Shown: positions 1-8,885 of the stretch, piece after piece
How positions within the stretch are numbered: position 1 is the first letter of the stretch
Layout of the letters: each line of letters starts with the position of its first letter
Source: Deltaproteobacteria bacterium
GTDB taxonomy: Bacteria; Desulfobacterota; Desulfomonilia; UBA1062
Direction: 5' to 3'
NCBI GenBank assembly: GCA_018433085.1
Contig: JAHDRW010000041.1
Span: 19,386-83,385 of the forward strand
Length of the DNA: 64,000 nucleotides
Made by a program: the position numbers and the translations under genes
Notes under the pieces: generated by a model
Told to the model about the DNA's origin: nothing
Seen by the model: the letters and a program-made list of their open reading frames with translations, nothing else
The model's database searches: none

Positions 1-467
1 AGGCCGTCGAAGTACCCGCCCTTATCCAGGGTGGTGGTGCACTGATCGTCGGCAAAGTAGAAGTACTCCAGCTCCGGTCCGAGAAACACGGTGTAGCCTT
101 TCTCAGCCGCCCTGGCCAGCACGCGCTTGAGCGCGAAGCGCGGGTCGCCTTCGTACGGGGTTCCTTCCGGGGTCAGGACGTCGCACACCATGCGCGCCAC
201 GGGATAATCCGACGGTCTCCAGGGCAGGAGCTGGAAGGTGGATGGGTCCGGCTTGGCGATCATGTCGCTCTCGTGGACCCGGGCGAAGCCCTCGATGGAG
301 GACCCGTCGAAACCCATGCCCTCCTCGATGCCTTCTTCAAGTTCCGAGGGCGTCAGATTGAAACTCTTGAGCCGGCCCAGAACATCGGTGAACCAGAACT
401 GTATGAAGCTGACCTTGTGTTCCTTTACAGCCTTCATAACATCTTGCTTTGTCTTGCATTGTAACAT
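1..467 (-). CDS. glnA: glutamine synthetase type I, N-terminal part (gene continues past the left window edge)
   Basis: My translation of the minus strand from ATG at 467 gives MLQCKTKQDVMKAVKEHKVSFIQFWFTDVLGRLKSFNLTPSELEEGIEEGMGFDGSSIEGFARVHESDMIAKPDPSTFQLLPW...FLGPELEYFYF. This matches the GS-I N-terminal beta-grasp and the start of the catalytic domain. The ORF track misses it because the window truncates it. Confidence 0.9.
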   Translation of the reverse strand, partial: MLQCKTKQDVMKAVKEHKVSFIQFWFTDVLGRLKSFNLTPSELEEGIEEGMGFDGSSIEGFARVHESDMIAKPDPSTFQLLPWRPSDYPVARMVCDVLTPEGTPYEGDPRFALKRVLARAAEKGYTVFLGPELEYFYFADDQCTTTLDKGGYFDG

Positions 468-515
468 GGCTCGTCCTCCATTTTCGTCTTCTTGCATTAT
501 CAAGCGTTTCTTTGT

Positions 516-2849
516 CTATTCCAGGGGTTCGTTTTCCCTGAGCTCCCATATCCCGCACGGGCAGGCCCCTGCACAGAACCCGCACCCGATACAGCGATCG
601 TCTTCGAGACTGTACTCAAAGCCGCCTTCCGGGAGGTCCTTCCGGAATATGGCCTGCCGGGGGCAGATAGCCTCGCATACGCCGCAGTCCCTGCACCCTC
701 CGCAGGAGGCGCACATCTCCGAGCACTGTCTGATGTCCTCCGCAGCCCGCCGCCCCGGATCGTAGTACTCGAGCCTCACCCTGCCGGCATCCATGGGTGA
801 CGGCGTTTCCGGGGGGCCGTGTACCCCGTTGATCAGCGCGTCGATCGATTTTGACGCCCTTCTGCCCGCACCGATGGCGTCGGTGATGAGCCCGGGTTTT
901 ACACTGTCTCCGACGGCGTACACCTTTGGATCGGACGTGCGGCAACCATCGTCCACCACGATAAAACCGTGACGGCTGTCTATATCTTCGGGGAGGAATG
1001 ATATGTCAGGCCGGTCGCCGATTGCAACAACTACTGTATCAGCCGGGATAATTTTGCCGTCCGCAAGCTCGACCCCGGTGGCGTTTATCGCCCGTGCAGC
1101 CACCGGCCAGAGAAACCGGGCGCCCGCCCTTTCCGCAGCCTCCCGCTCGCGGCCGGAGGATGCGGGCGCCCGGACATCGATGAGGGTGATTTCCTCCGCT
1201 CCCAGGCGGTGCGCCTCGGTGGCCGCGTCGCAGCCCACGTTGCCGGCGCCGATGATCACGACCCTGCCTCCGACCGTGATCTCGCCGCGCTTCGATCCTC
1301 TGAGAAACTCCAGTGCAGGCACCGCCCTCTCGCCGCCCAATATCCCGAGGGTGCGGGGAATCGGGGCGCCTACGGCGACGACCGTGAAATCATGATTTTC
1401 CTTCAGGGCCAGAAACTCCTCCCGGCCGAACTCGCCCGTTATCCGCCTGAACGGTATTTTTTCGAGAACCCGGTCGAGCTCCCTTCGGAACACCTCATCG
1501 GGAAAGCGGGTACCCGGTATGGCCTCCGCGATCTTCCCGCCCGGCGCAGGCGACCGGTCGTACAGAACGGGCTCGTGTCCCTTCATCCAGAGCTGCCAGG
1601 CAACGGACAGCCCGGCCGGACCGGCCCCGAGAATCGCGACCTTCGTGCCCGTGGACGCGCAAGGCCGGGGCTCGCGGGCGTCCAGGCTCGCCCTGCCGAG
1701 CACGGTTACATCCACTGGGGTCATATGGCCCTGATTCCTGGTGCAGCTCTCCATGCACAGGTTCGGGCAGAGGTAGCCGCACACCGTTGCCGGAAACGGC
1801 GTGTACTGGAGCGCCATATCCACGGCCTCCTGCACCCGGCCCCTGCGGATGAGCTCCCAGCGCCTCTGCACCGGTATGCCGACAGGGCAGGCAGCCTGGC
1901 AGGGCGGAACATGTTTGTGGTTTTCCCATATGGGCGCAAACCTGCGCAGCGAACCGGTTGCGATCACCGGTACCGGGCTCCGGTCCATGTCGGTGAGGTC
2001 CCCGATCAGGCCTCCCGGTCCCAGCTCCCGCTCCCATATTCGTGAACGGAACCGTGAAATGGGCATCCGTTTCCCGCAGTCCTTCTCATGGGGCTTAAGC
2101 GCCGTGAGAAGCCGCCAGGCTGACCGGTTTCCGGTCAGGACATCGAGAAGGTCCTCACGACCGATGGCCCTCAAGAAGTCCTTCATGCCGCTCTGGAGCC
2201 ACTGCCAGTCCTCGGCTCCGATGCGGGTCACCCTGGCGTCGTTCTCGCTGTAGCTCTTCTGGGGGCCTCGGAAGAATATCCTGCCGCCCACCATGCCCAC
2301 GCAGGGGCGGTGCCCCAGGATATTGCCCCGATAGTGAGAGCCCAGGCCGCACACTACGGCCACGCCTCCGGCCATGAACTCGGCGAAGGAGTCGCCCACC
2401 CCCCCCAGGACCCAGAGCTCGGGCGGGGAGAACCGGGGGTTGCCCTTGGTCATGGTCATGCCCCTGGCGCCGATATCGCCCGCGACATAGATCCTGCCCT
2501 GGGCCATGGCATTGGCAATGCCGTTGGTGGCATCGCCGTGCACCACGATGGTGGCCCCTGCGTTGAGCCACCCCACGTCATCCGATGCAGGGCCGTGAAC
2601 CTCGATGAATGTGCACGGCGACCCCATGGAGCCGATCCGCTGACCCGGATGCCCATGGATATCGATGAGCACCGGTTCCGTTCCGGCCTTCCAGAGCCTG
2701 CCGCCGATCCCGTGCTGACCGTAGGCCTGCACCTCGACCCTGCGGTATCCGCCCGTGACCGCCGCCTGAATGCGCTCTTCCAGCACCCGGGATTCCACCC
2801 GGCGCCCATCTTCCACGCCCTGGATCACGACCTTCTCGTGCCGGTTCAT
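516..2849 (-). CDS. glutamate synthase GXGXG (alpha C-terminal) domain fused to a GltD-type NAD(P)H oxidoreductase and a 2x[4Fe-4S] ferredoxin tail
   Basis: 777-aa ORF. The N-terminal ~250 aa carry the GXGXG repeats (HGHPGQRIGSMG, VHGDATNGIANAMAQGRIYVAGDIGARGMTM). The middle has GltD-like Cys clusters (CPVGIPV, CGYLCPNLCMESC) and two dinucleotide folds (VAILGAGPAGLS, VVIIGAGNVGCD). The C-terminus has CASCGGCRDCGVCEAICP and CIGCGFCAGACP. Confidence 0.85.
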   Translation of the reverse strand: MNRHEKVVIQGVEDGRRVESRVLEERIQAAVTGGYRRVEVQAYGQHGIGGRLWKAGTEPVLIDIHGHPGQRIGSMGSPCTFIEVHGPASDDVGWLNAGATIVVHGDATNGIANAMAQGRIYVAGDIGARGMTMTKGNPRFSPPELWVLGGVGDSFAEFMAGGVAVVCGLGSHYRGNILGHRPCVGMVGGRIFFRGPQKSYSENDARVTRIGAEDWQWLQSGMKDFLRAIGREDLLDVLTGNRSAWRLLTALKPHEKDCGKRMPISRFRSRIWERELGPGGLIGDLTDMDRSPVPVIATGSLRRFAPIWENHKHVPPCQAACPVGIPVQRRWELIRRGRVQEAVDMALQYTPFPATVCGYLCPNLCMESCTRNQGHMTPVDVTVLGRASLDAREPRPCASTGTKVAILGAGPAGLSVAWQLWMKGHEPVLYDRSPAPGGKIAEAIPGTRFPDEVFRRELDRVLEKIPFRRITGEFGREEFLALKENHDFTVVAVGAPIPRTLGILGGERAVPALEFLRGSKRGEITVGGRVVIIGAGNVGCDAATEAHRLGAEEITLIDVRAPASSGREREAAERAGARFLWPVAARAINATGVELADGKIIPADTVVVAIGDRPDISFLPEDIDSRHGFIVVDDGCRTSDPKVYAVGDSVKPGLITDAIGAGRRASKSIDALINGVHGPPETPSPMDAGRVRLEYYDPGRRAAEDIRQCSEMCASCGGCRDCGVCEAICPRQAIFRKDLPEGGFEYSLEDDRCIGCGFCAGACPCGIWELRENEPLE

Positions 2850-2898
2850 GCGTATGCCCCCCGATATCCGGCTGCTCTATCTCTCATGCCCGGGCACC

Positions 2899-4533
2899 TC
2901 ACACCATGTACCCGATTTGAAGGCGCTCGGCCGCATGAAAGTCGTCGATGCCGAGCGCGTCGGACATGCCGATGGGAAGAGACGTGGACCTCCCCATGGG
3001 CGCAAGGATCTTCTTCAGCTCGGCGTCGAAGCTTAAAAAAACGTCGACCAGACGCTCGGCCACGTCTTCCGGGTCAAGCCGGCGGTAGAGCCTGGGGTCC
3101 TGCGAGGTGATCCCCTTGGGGCACCGGCCTATGTTGCAGATGTTGCACCGGTCCCCCTCCGAGCCTACGCACCCGGCCGCTGCCTGCATGAGGTACTTGC
3201 CCACCTGAACCCCGCTTGCGCCGAGCATGATGAGCGCAGCGGCATTTGCCGCCAGGTTGCCGTTCTTCCCCACGCCTCCTGCGGCGAAGAGGGGGATCTC
3301 GTTCTGCTTGCCGATCTTCACCAGATTCAGGTATGCGTCGCGCACATTGGCGGCAATGGGATGGCCCATGTGGTTCATTGACACGTTATATGCCGCCCCG
3401 GTTCCCCCGTCCTCGCCGTCGATGGCCAGGGCGGCCGCGTACCGGTTGCGCGCGATGTTGTTGAGCACCGCGGTCGTAGTGCTGGTCGCCGATATCTTCG
3501 GGTACACCGGCACCCTGAAACCCCATGCCATACAGAGCGACTGGATCATCTTGGCCACGGACTCTTCGATGGAATACTTGGTCTGGTGCGTGGGCGGCGA
3601 AGGCAGACTCACCCCGGGCGGCACCCCCCTGATGGCGGCGATGAGCCCGTTCACCTTGTGCCACATGAGCAGCCCGCCGTCTCCGGGCTTGGCGCCCTGG
3701 CCGTACTTGATCTCGATGGCGCAGGGGTCTTCCTTCATCTCGGGCAGGGCGTGTATGATCTCGTCCCAGCCGAAATACCCGCTCGCGATCTGGAGGATCA
3801 CATACTTGAGGAACCTCGATCTGAGCAGCCGCGGCGGGCACCCGCCCTCGCCCGTGGATATCCTCACGGGCATTCCCAGCTCCTCGTTCAGATAGGCCAC
3901 CCCCATCTGGAGCCCCTCCCACATGTTCGGGGACAGTGCCCCGAACGACATGCCACCCACGATCAGCGGATAAATCTCACGCACCGGGGGTGCCCATCCG
4001 TCCTCACCGGCGGATTTGAGGATCTCCTCGGGCGGCAGGATGCGCCCCAGAAGCGTCCTGAGCTCGAACTCGTGCCTGCCGGCGTCCAGTGCCGGGTCGG
4101 TGAGCATGGAGATGCGTACGAACTTGATGCGGTCGAGGACGCTGGCCGTGTCGTTCCGCCTGCCCCCCCTCCTTCTCGGCTCTCCGCCCTGGTTGATATG
4201 GAACTTGAGCTTGTCGGTCTCCTCGCTCCTCACCGGAAAGATGGCCGAGTTCGGACAGACGAACGAGCACATGCCGCATCCCACGCATGCATGTGCAGGG
4301 TCGGTCTTCTGGTCGATTCCATAAAAAACACGGTACACGTTTCCCGGCCTCTCGCCCAATCCGACAGAAACCGGTATCTCGCGCCTTCGGTGCACCCCGA
4401 GCTCTATTGCCCTCACCGGGCACACCGCGGTGCACTGTCCGCACAGTGTGCACCGGTCTCTGTCCCAGCAGACGCGCCAGGGTAGGTCCCTTGGGCTCAG
4501 TGCAGACGGGTGCAGGGTTCCCATTGGTTCCAT
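2899..4533 (-). CDS. glutamate synthase FMN-binding (central) domain protein with N-terminal 2x[4Fe-4S] ferredoxin
   Basis: The ORF track gives 2899..4740. I trimmed it to ATG 4533 (GGAGG 7 nt upstream) because the first 69 codons overlap the preceding gene. Motifs: CTLCGQCTAVCP, CVGCGMCSFVCP, IKYGQGAKPGDGG, AIDGEDGGTGAA, FAAGGVGKNG. Confidence 0.85.
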   Translation of the reverse strand: MEPMGTLHPSALSPRDLPWRVCWDRDRCTLCGQCTAVCPVRAIELGVHRRREIPVSVGLGERPGNVYRVFYGIDQKTDPAHACVGCGMCSFVCPNSAIFPVRSEETDKLKFHINQGGEPRRRGGRRNDTASVLDRIKFVRISMLTDPALDAGRHEFELRTLLGRILPPEEILKSAGEDGWAPPVREIYPLIVGGMSFGALSPNMWEGLQMGVAYLNEELGMPVRISTGEGGCPPRLLRSRFLKYVILQIASGYFGWDEIIHALPEMKEDPCAIEIKYGQGAKPGDGGLLMWHKVNGLIAAIRGVPPGVSLPSPPTHQTKYSIEESVAKMIQSLCMAWGFRVPVYPKISATSTTTAVLNNIARNRYAAALAIDGEDGGTGAAYNVSMNHMGHPIAANVRDAYLNLVKIGKQNEIPLFAAGGVGKNGNLAANAAALIMLGASGVQVGKYLMQAAAGCVGSEGDRCNICNIGRCPKGITSQDPRLYRRLDPEDVAERLVDVFLSFDAELKKILAPMGRSTSLPIGMSDALGIDDFHAAERLQIGYMV

Positions 4534-5627
4534 CTCCTGACCTCCATCCGCGAGGCATCCACACAGGCAAGGTCGTATTTCATGGGCTGGAATTCGTAGT
4601 TTCCTTCCCGGACGGGAATGGCCCCGTCGAGCCCGCACATCTCGGAAGAAAACGCGAACATCCCGGGCCTGCCCCCTACCACGCCCGGTCTGAGCTTCTT
4701 GCTGTCGTGGACCATGAAGAGGGTCTTGTCGGGCAGACACCCGATCACGCAGTTGGGCCCGTCAATGGCGAGAAGGCGGCATCCGTGCTTGAGCCTTCTC
4801 AGAAACACGCTGTCCGGGTGCCTGATCAGCTCCTCGTCCTTGAGCGGGGTGATGATGTGCTTGTAGTCATCGATCCCGAGCCCCAGCCGGTTTACGGTAT
4901 AGTGCAGGGTATGGGTGAACACCTCGGAGTCCGACTGATAGCCCGTGTATCCGGGAAAACCCCGCGACAACAGATAATCCCGTATAGGCCCGAAGGCGGT
5001 GTTCTCTCCGTTGGTCATGGTGGCAAAGCCCTGGAGGAAGAAGGGGTGGCACGCATAGAGCGTAACGGCATAGTTGGTGTTCTGCCTGCCCTGGGCCATG
5101 ATCACCCGCGCCTTCAGACCCTTGCGGTCGAGCCCGAGATACTCGGCTATGGCCAGGGGATCGCCTACCTCCTTGATCATGATCGTATCCGGCCAGAACG
5201 AGAAAACCACCATGGACCCGTCCTGCCCGCCCAGCCTCCTCAGGTCGATCCGGATCCTCATGAGCCGATCCGCGATCTCTGCCTCGGTGAAGCCCTCCCA
5301 CTCAAGGGGATACTCATACACCCGGATGAGATACACATCACGTTTCGGGGTGCCCTCGGGCGGCATCTTGACGGGCCTGATGGAAAGCTTGAACTTGGTG
5401 AGCAGACCCAATTCCATCATGTAGCGGTCGAGCCTCTTGATCCCTTCCTGGGAGAAAATGCCCGAGAGGATGGGAGAGCCCCTGAACTGCTCCAGATCCC
5501 CGCCGAGATCGGTCATGAGCAGGCCGACCCCGGAACCGTCGTGCCCCTCTTTCATGACGTCCAGGGCCCGCAGGGCGACCATGGGCGAGAGCGGCTCATT
5601 ACTCGTTATGGCGAACAGACGGCACAC
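4497..5627 (-). CDS. class-II (Ntn) glutamine amidotransferase, glutamate synthase domain-1 type
   Basis: The ORF track start is ATG 5681. I prefer GTG at 5627, which gives M-CRLFAITSNEPLS with the nucleophile Cys at position 2. AAGGAGG lies 11 nt upstream. The ATG at 5681 overlaps a sigma-54 -24 element. The HDGSGVGLL motif follows. Confidence 0.8.
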   Translation of the reverse strand: MCRLFAITSNEPLSPMVALRALDVMKEGHDGSGVGLLMTDLGGDLEQFRGSPILSGIFSQEGIKRLDRYMMELGLLTKFKLSIRPVKMPPEGTPKRDVYLIRVYEYPLEWEGFTEAEIADRLMRIRIDLRRLGGQDGSMVVFSFWPDTIMIKEVGDPLAIAEYLGLDRKGLKARVIMAQGRQNTNYAVTLYACHPFFLQGFATMTNGENTAFGPIRDYLLSRGFPGYTGYQSDSEVFTHTLHYTVNRLGLGIDDYKHIITPLKDEELIRHPDSVFLRRLKHGCRLLAIDGPNCVIGCLPDKTLFMVHDSKKLRPGVVGGRPGMFAFSSEMCGLDGAIPVREGNYEFQPMKYDLACVDASRMEVRRWNQWEPCTRLH

Positions 5628-5665
5628 CTTGTTTTCGTCCTCCTTGTCGTGTCCGGACAAGAAGA

Positions 5666-5680
5666 GCGAAATCCGTGCCA
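5666..5680 (-). promoter_or_regulatory. sigma-54 (-24/-12) promoter of the glutamate synthase-glnA operon
   Basis: The minus strand reads TGGCAC-GGATT-TCGC. This has GG-N10-GC spacing, a perfect -24 element and one mismatch in the -12 TTGC. The predicted start near 5654 leaves a ~27-nt leader containing AAGGAGG before GTG 5627. Confidence 0.6.
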
Positions 5681-5940
5681 TGGGTGCGGGTCCTGTTCAA
5701 CACCGAAGCATCAAAGCAAATTTAATCTATCTATTCCAAGTATTACAAAATAAACCGACCCGGCCGGCACCGTGTCCGCATCCGGGATCCCCCGGCAGAG
5801 CCGGTCCAAAGTATTTTCCAATATTGTTCGATCAGATATGCTTTGCACAAATTTGTTTAATTTTGCCTGTCCGGAACCGATGCGGCCTTTTCCGTGCAGG
5901 TCAGTCCTCGACACCGTGCCGAGGCCGGAAACGGTCTCTT

Positions 5941-7176
5941 TCAGAACTCGGTGAGCTCCGGACCTTTCACCCCGTTCAGGAATTCCTGCACGATTCCGAC
6001 CCCCCGCTTGAAATCCGGAAGGGTTGGAGTCAGGACAGAGAGCCGGATGTAATGCGACCAGCGCGAACCATAGATGTCTCCGGGCGTGATTCGGACGCCC
6101 TGCTCCAGCAGCCTGTCGCGGCATATCCGGCTGGGTATGGGCGTCCTGATCCACACGCAGGGCCCTCCGGCCTCCCATGGCGTATCCTGCGCGAGGTAGG
6201 CGCTCCGCTGGGCGAGCTCGTGCCGCAGCCGTTCGATATGCCCGGTAAGCCGCGACGAGGTGAACACCGTGAGCAGTGAGCGCTGGAGGATGCCCGAGAG
6301 CGAAAGGTCGTTGATCTCCTTGAGATCGAGAATGCCGCTCTGCATGGATTCCGGAAAGACCGCAAACCCCATGCGCAGCCCCGGGCCCAGGATGTTGGAG
6401 AGGCTCTTGATGTAGATGACCCTCTCGCGGGTGTCCCGGGACTTTAAGGGGGTGATCCCGACCACATCGGAAAGGGGATCGTCCTCGACGATGAAGAAGT
6501 CCTTATCAGAAGCCATGGCGATGAGATCGTCCCGCAGATCTTCCGGCATGGATTTTCCGGTCGGGATATGACCCTGCGGCATGGTGTAGAGCAGGCGGAT
6601 ATCCAGATTCCCGATCCGCTCGAGATCTTCGCGGCTCGCGATGCGGGGGACCAAAACAACCTCGGCCCCGAGCGATTCGAAGATCCGCACGGCCCCCATG
6701 TATCCGGGGTCCTCAACAGCCACGGTTTCGCCTCGTTTCAGCCGGGAAAGGCCCAGCAGAAAGAGGGCCTGCTGTGACCCCGAGGTGACGATCGGGGTGG
6801 AGTCGATCCCGGAAGCCCTCAGCCATTTCCCGGCCTGCTCTCGCAGGGGCTCGTACCCCTGGGGGGGATCGTAGGCGTTGAGCCCCTCGATGGTGAGCCT
6901 GAGATGCGTGCTCACCCAGAGCGTGAGATTTTCGGGCGGGCGGATGGCCGCCATGTCGATAATGCCTCCGTTCAGGCCATACGCCACGAAGGTGCCCGCG
7001 CCCTGCCGGCTTACGACCAGACCCTGTTCGAAAAGATACCGGTACACATTTTTTGCCGTCACCAGGCTGATGTTTTCGCTCCTGGCCAGCTCCCTTACGC
7101 CGGGCAGCCGCTCTCCCGGCGTCCTGTCCCTGAGAATACCGTCGGCGAGCCTCCGGGCAATCTGCTTGTAGCGCAT
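5941..7176 (-). CDS. pdxR: MocR/GntR-family regulator with aminotransferase-like domain, PdxR-like by context
   Basis: N-terminal winged HTH (MRYKQIARRLADGILRDRTPGERLPGVRELARSENISLVTAKNVYRYL) followed by a fold-type-I aminotransferase-like body. It is divergent from pdxST. Start moved from 7197 to ATG 7176, which has AAGGAG 6 nt upstream. Confidence 0.75.
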   Translation of the reverse strand: MRYKQIARRLADGILRDRTPGERLPGVRELARSENISLVTAKNVYRYLFEQGLVVSRQGAGTFVAYGLNGGIIDMAAIRPPENLTLWVSTHLRLTIEGLNAYDPPQGYEPLREQAGKWLRASGIDSTPIVTSGSQQALFLLGLSRLKRGETVAVEDPGYMGAVRIFESLGAEVVLVPRIASREDLERIGNLDIRLLYTMPQGHIPTGKSMPEDLRDDLIAMASDKDFFIVEDDPLSDVVGITPLKSRDTRERVIYIKSLSNILGPGLRMGFAVFPESMQSGILDLKEINDLSLSGILQRSLLTVFTSSRLTGHIERLRHELAQRSAYLAQDTPWEAGGPCVWIRTPIPSRICRDRLLEQGVRITPGDIYGSRWSHYIRLSVLTPTLPDFKRGVGIVQEFLNGVKGPELTEF

Positions 7177-7232
7177 GAGATTCTCCTTTCCCTTCATGAC
7201 AAATAGTGATACAATCTTTTTATAACACAGAT

Positions 7233-7248
7233 ATTGTTATATAACAAT
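7233..7248. promoter_or_regulatory. perfect 16-bp palindrome in the pdxR-pdxS intergenic region (candidate operator)
   Basis: ATTGTTATATAACAAT is its own reverse complement. It ends 15 nt before the pdxS ATG and abuts its AGGAG ribosome-binding site. A further half-site, TATAACA, lies at 7221-7227. Confidence 0.4.
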
Positions 7249-7262
7249 AGGAGATGACCAAT

Positions 7263-8150
7263 ATGAGTGATTTCAAGGAAAGAATCATCGTCAACCGGGG
7301 ACTGGCACAGATGCTCAAGGGCGGGGTGATCATGGACGTGACCACGGCGGATCAGGCCCGGATCGCCGAGGATTCCGGGGCCGTGGCGGTCATGGCCCTG
7401 GAGCGTGTTCCCGCGGATATCCGCTCCCAGGGAGGTGTTGCCCGGATGAGCGACCCCGCCGTTATCCGTGCCATCCAGGAGGCAGTGACCATCCCGGTCA
7501 TGGCCAAGGTAAGGATCGGCCACCTGGTCGAGGCCCAGGTGCTCCAGGCACTGAAGATCGACTATATCGACGAGAGCGAGGTCCTGACGCCCGCGGACGA
7601 GAGCAACCACATCGACAAGCACGCCTTCGAGGTGCCGTTCGTCTGCGGCTGTCGCGACCTGGGAGAGGCAGCGCGACGGATCGGCGAGGGCGCGAGCATG
7701 ATCCGGACCAAGGGAGAGGCAGGTACGGGAAACGTGGTAGAGGCCGTCAGGCATATGCGCACCCTCATGGGACAGATCCGGATGCTGCTCTCTATGCGGG
7801 AAGACGAGGTCCCGAGCTTTGCCAAGGATATCGCGGCGCCTTTCGAAGTCCTTGCCGATATCAGGAAATCGGGGGCTCTGCCCGTGGTGAACTTTGCCGC
7901 AGGCGGCGTCGCCACCCCTGCGGATGCCGCGCTCATGATGCAGCTCGGGGCTGACGGCGTGTTCGTCGGATCGGGCATCTTCAAGTCCGGAGACCCTGCC
8001 CGGCGTGCAAAGGCCATCGTTGAGGCCGTGGCCCATTGTGACGACCCTGCCTGGATCGCACGGGTTTCCGAAGGCCTGGGCGAAGCCATGTCCGGCCTCG
8101 ACGTGCGGACCATGCCCGAAGGAGAACGGCTTGCCGTGAGGGGTTGGTGA
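7263..8150 (+). CDS. pdxS: pyridoxal 5-prime-phosphate synthase lyase subunit
   Basis: [52 protein letters not shown]...[21 protein letters not shown] is classic PdxS. I chose ATG 7263 (AGGAG 9 nt upstream) rather than 7254, which abuts the SD. Confidence 0.95.
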   Translation: MSDFKERIIVNRGLAQMLKGGVIMDVTTADQARIAEDSGAVAVMALERVPADIRSQGGVARMSDPAVIRAIQEAVTIPVMAKVRIGHLVEAQVLQALKIDYIDESEVLTPADESNHIDKHAFEVPFVCGCRDLGEAARRIGEGASMIRTKGEAGTGNVVEAVRHMRTLMGQIRMLLSMREDEVPSFAKDIAAPFEVLADIRKSGALPVVNFAAGGVATPADAALMMQLGADGVFVGSGIFKSGDPARRAKAIVEAVAHCDDPAWIARVSEGLGEAMSGLDVRTMPEGERLAVRGW

Positions 8151-8764
8151 TGGTGATCGGGATTCTCGCTCTCCAGGGAAACGTACGCGAGCACCTGGCA
8201 AACCTCAACAGGCACGACGTGCAGGGCCTCCCTGTACGCCTGCCCGGGGATCTCGCCGGTATCGAGGGCCTCATTCTTCCGGGTGGTGAGAGCACTGCCA
8301 TGAGGAATCTCGTCTCGTCCTCCGGGCTCGAAGAACCCGTAGGGGATCTCATCCGTCAGGGTCTGCCCGTGTGGGGAACCTGCGCCGGGGTCGTACTGCT
8401 GGCCCGGGGAGGGATCTGGTCCAGCGTCGATATCACGGTGGTACGCAACGCCTACGGCTCCCAGGTCTTCAGCCGCCTGGTGCACGAAAAATCGACCCTC
8501 TCGGAAACGCCGACCCCCATGGTCTTCATCCGCTCGCCCCGGATCACCTCTGCGGGGCGGGAAGTCGAAATCATCGCCGAGGTCGAGGGGGATGTCGTTG
8601 CTGTCCGGCAGGGCAGTATTCTGCTCACGACCTTTCATCCCGAGCTGGTCGATCACAGCCCCTTCACTGCCTGTTTCATCGACATGGTGAGGGCGAGATC
8701 GGCCCGCCCGGATGAAACGCCGGCTCCGGGACACTGCCCGAAAGAGGCCGGGCGGACAGTCTGA
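8150..8764 (+). CDS. pdxT: pyridoxal 5-prime-phosphate synthase glutaminase subunit
   Basis: [15 protein letters not shown]...LILPGGESTAM...GTCAG...TTFHPEL matches PdxT. ATG 8150 shares its A with the pdxS TGA (TGATG overlap). The ORF-track start at 8144 is a TTG. Confidence 0.9.
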   Translation: MVIGILALQGNVREHLANLNRHDVQGLPVRLPGDLAGIEGLILPGGESTAMRNLVSSSGLEEPVGDLIRQGLPVWGTCAGVVLLARGGIWSSVDITVVRNAYGSQVFSRLVHEKSTLSETPTPMVFIRSPRITSAGREVEIIAEVEGDVVAVRQGSILLTTFHPELVDHSPFTACFIDMVRARSARPDETPAPGHCPKEAGRTV

Positions 8765-8773
8765 TCGCGGTTT

Positions 8774-8873
8774 CAATCAATGGTATGGACCTTGAGGACA
8801 AGCCTGGGTCCCTATTGAAGCCCAAAAGCGGGGGGATGCGACCCTCCCGTCCCGTCCACCGTAGGGGGATTCA
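8774..8873. repeat. intergenic repeat family, diverged copy C
   Basis: It starts TCAATCAATGGTATGGACCTTGAGGACAAGCC and ends GGGGGATTCA. It aligns to copies A (24283-24400) and B (35477-35595) with a 1-nt indel and a shortened 3-prime half. Identity to B is roughly 65-70% by eye. Confidence 0.5.
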
Positions 8874-8885
8874 CGCGGATAAGAA

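Noticed and set aside
238-765. 175-aa plus-strand ORF spanning the glnA start and the end of the GltD-fusion gene
   Set aside because: It overlaps two well-supported minus-strand genes and the spacer between them. It has no SD and no recognisable motif.
4497-5681. ATG 5681 as the start of the amidotransferase gene
   Set aside because: That ATG is part of the -24 element of a sigma-54 promoter and would put 18 residues before the nucleophile Cys. GTG 5627 with AAGGAGG upstream fits better. A cleaved propeptide cannot be excluded.
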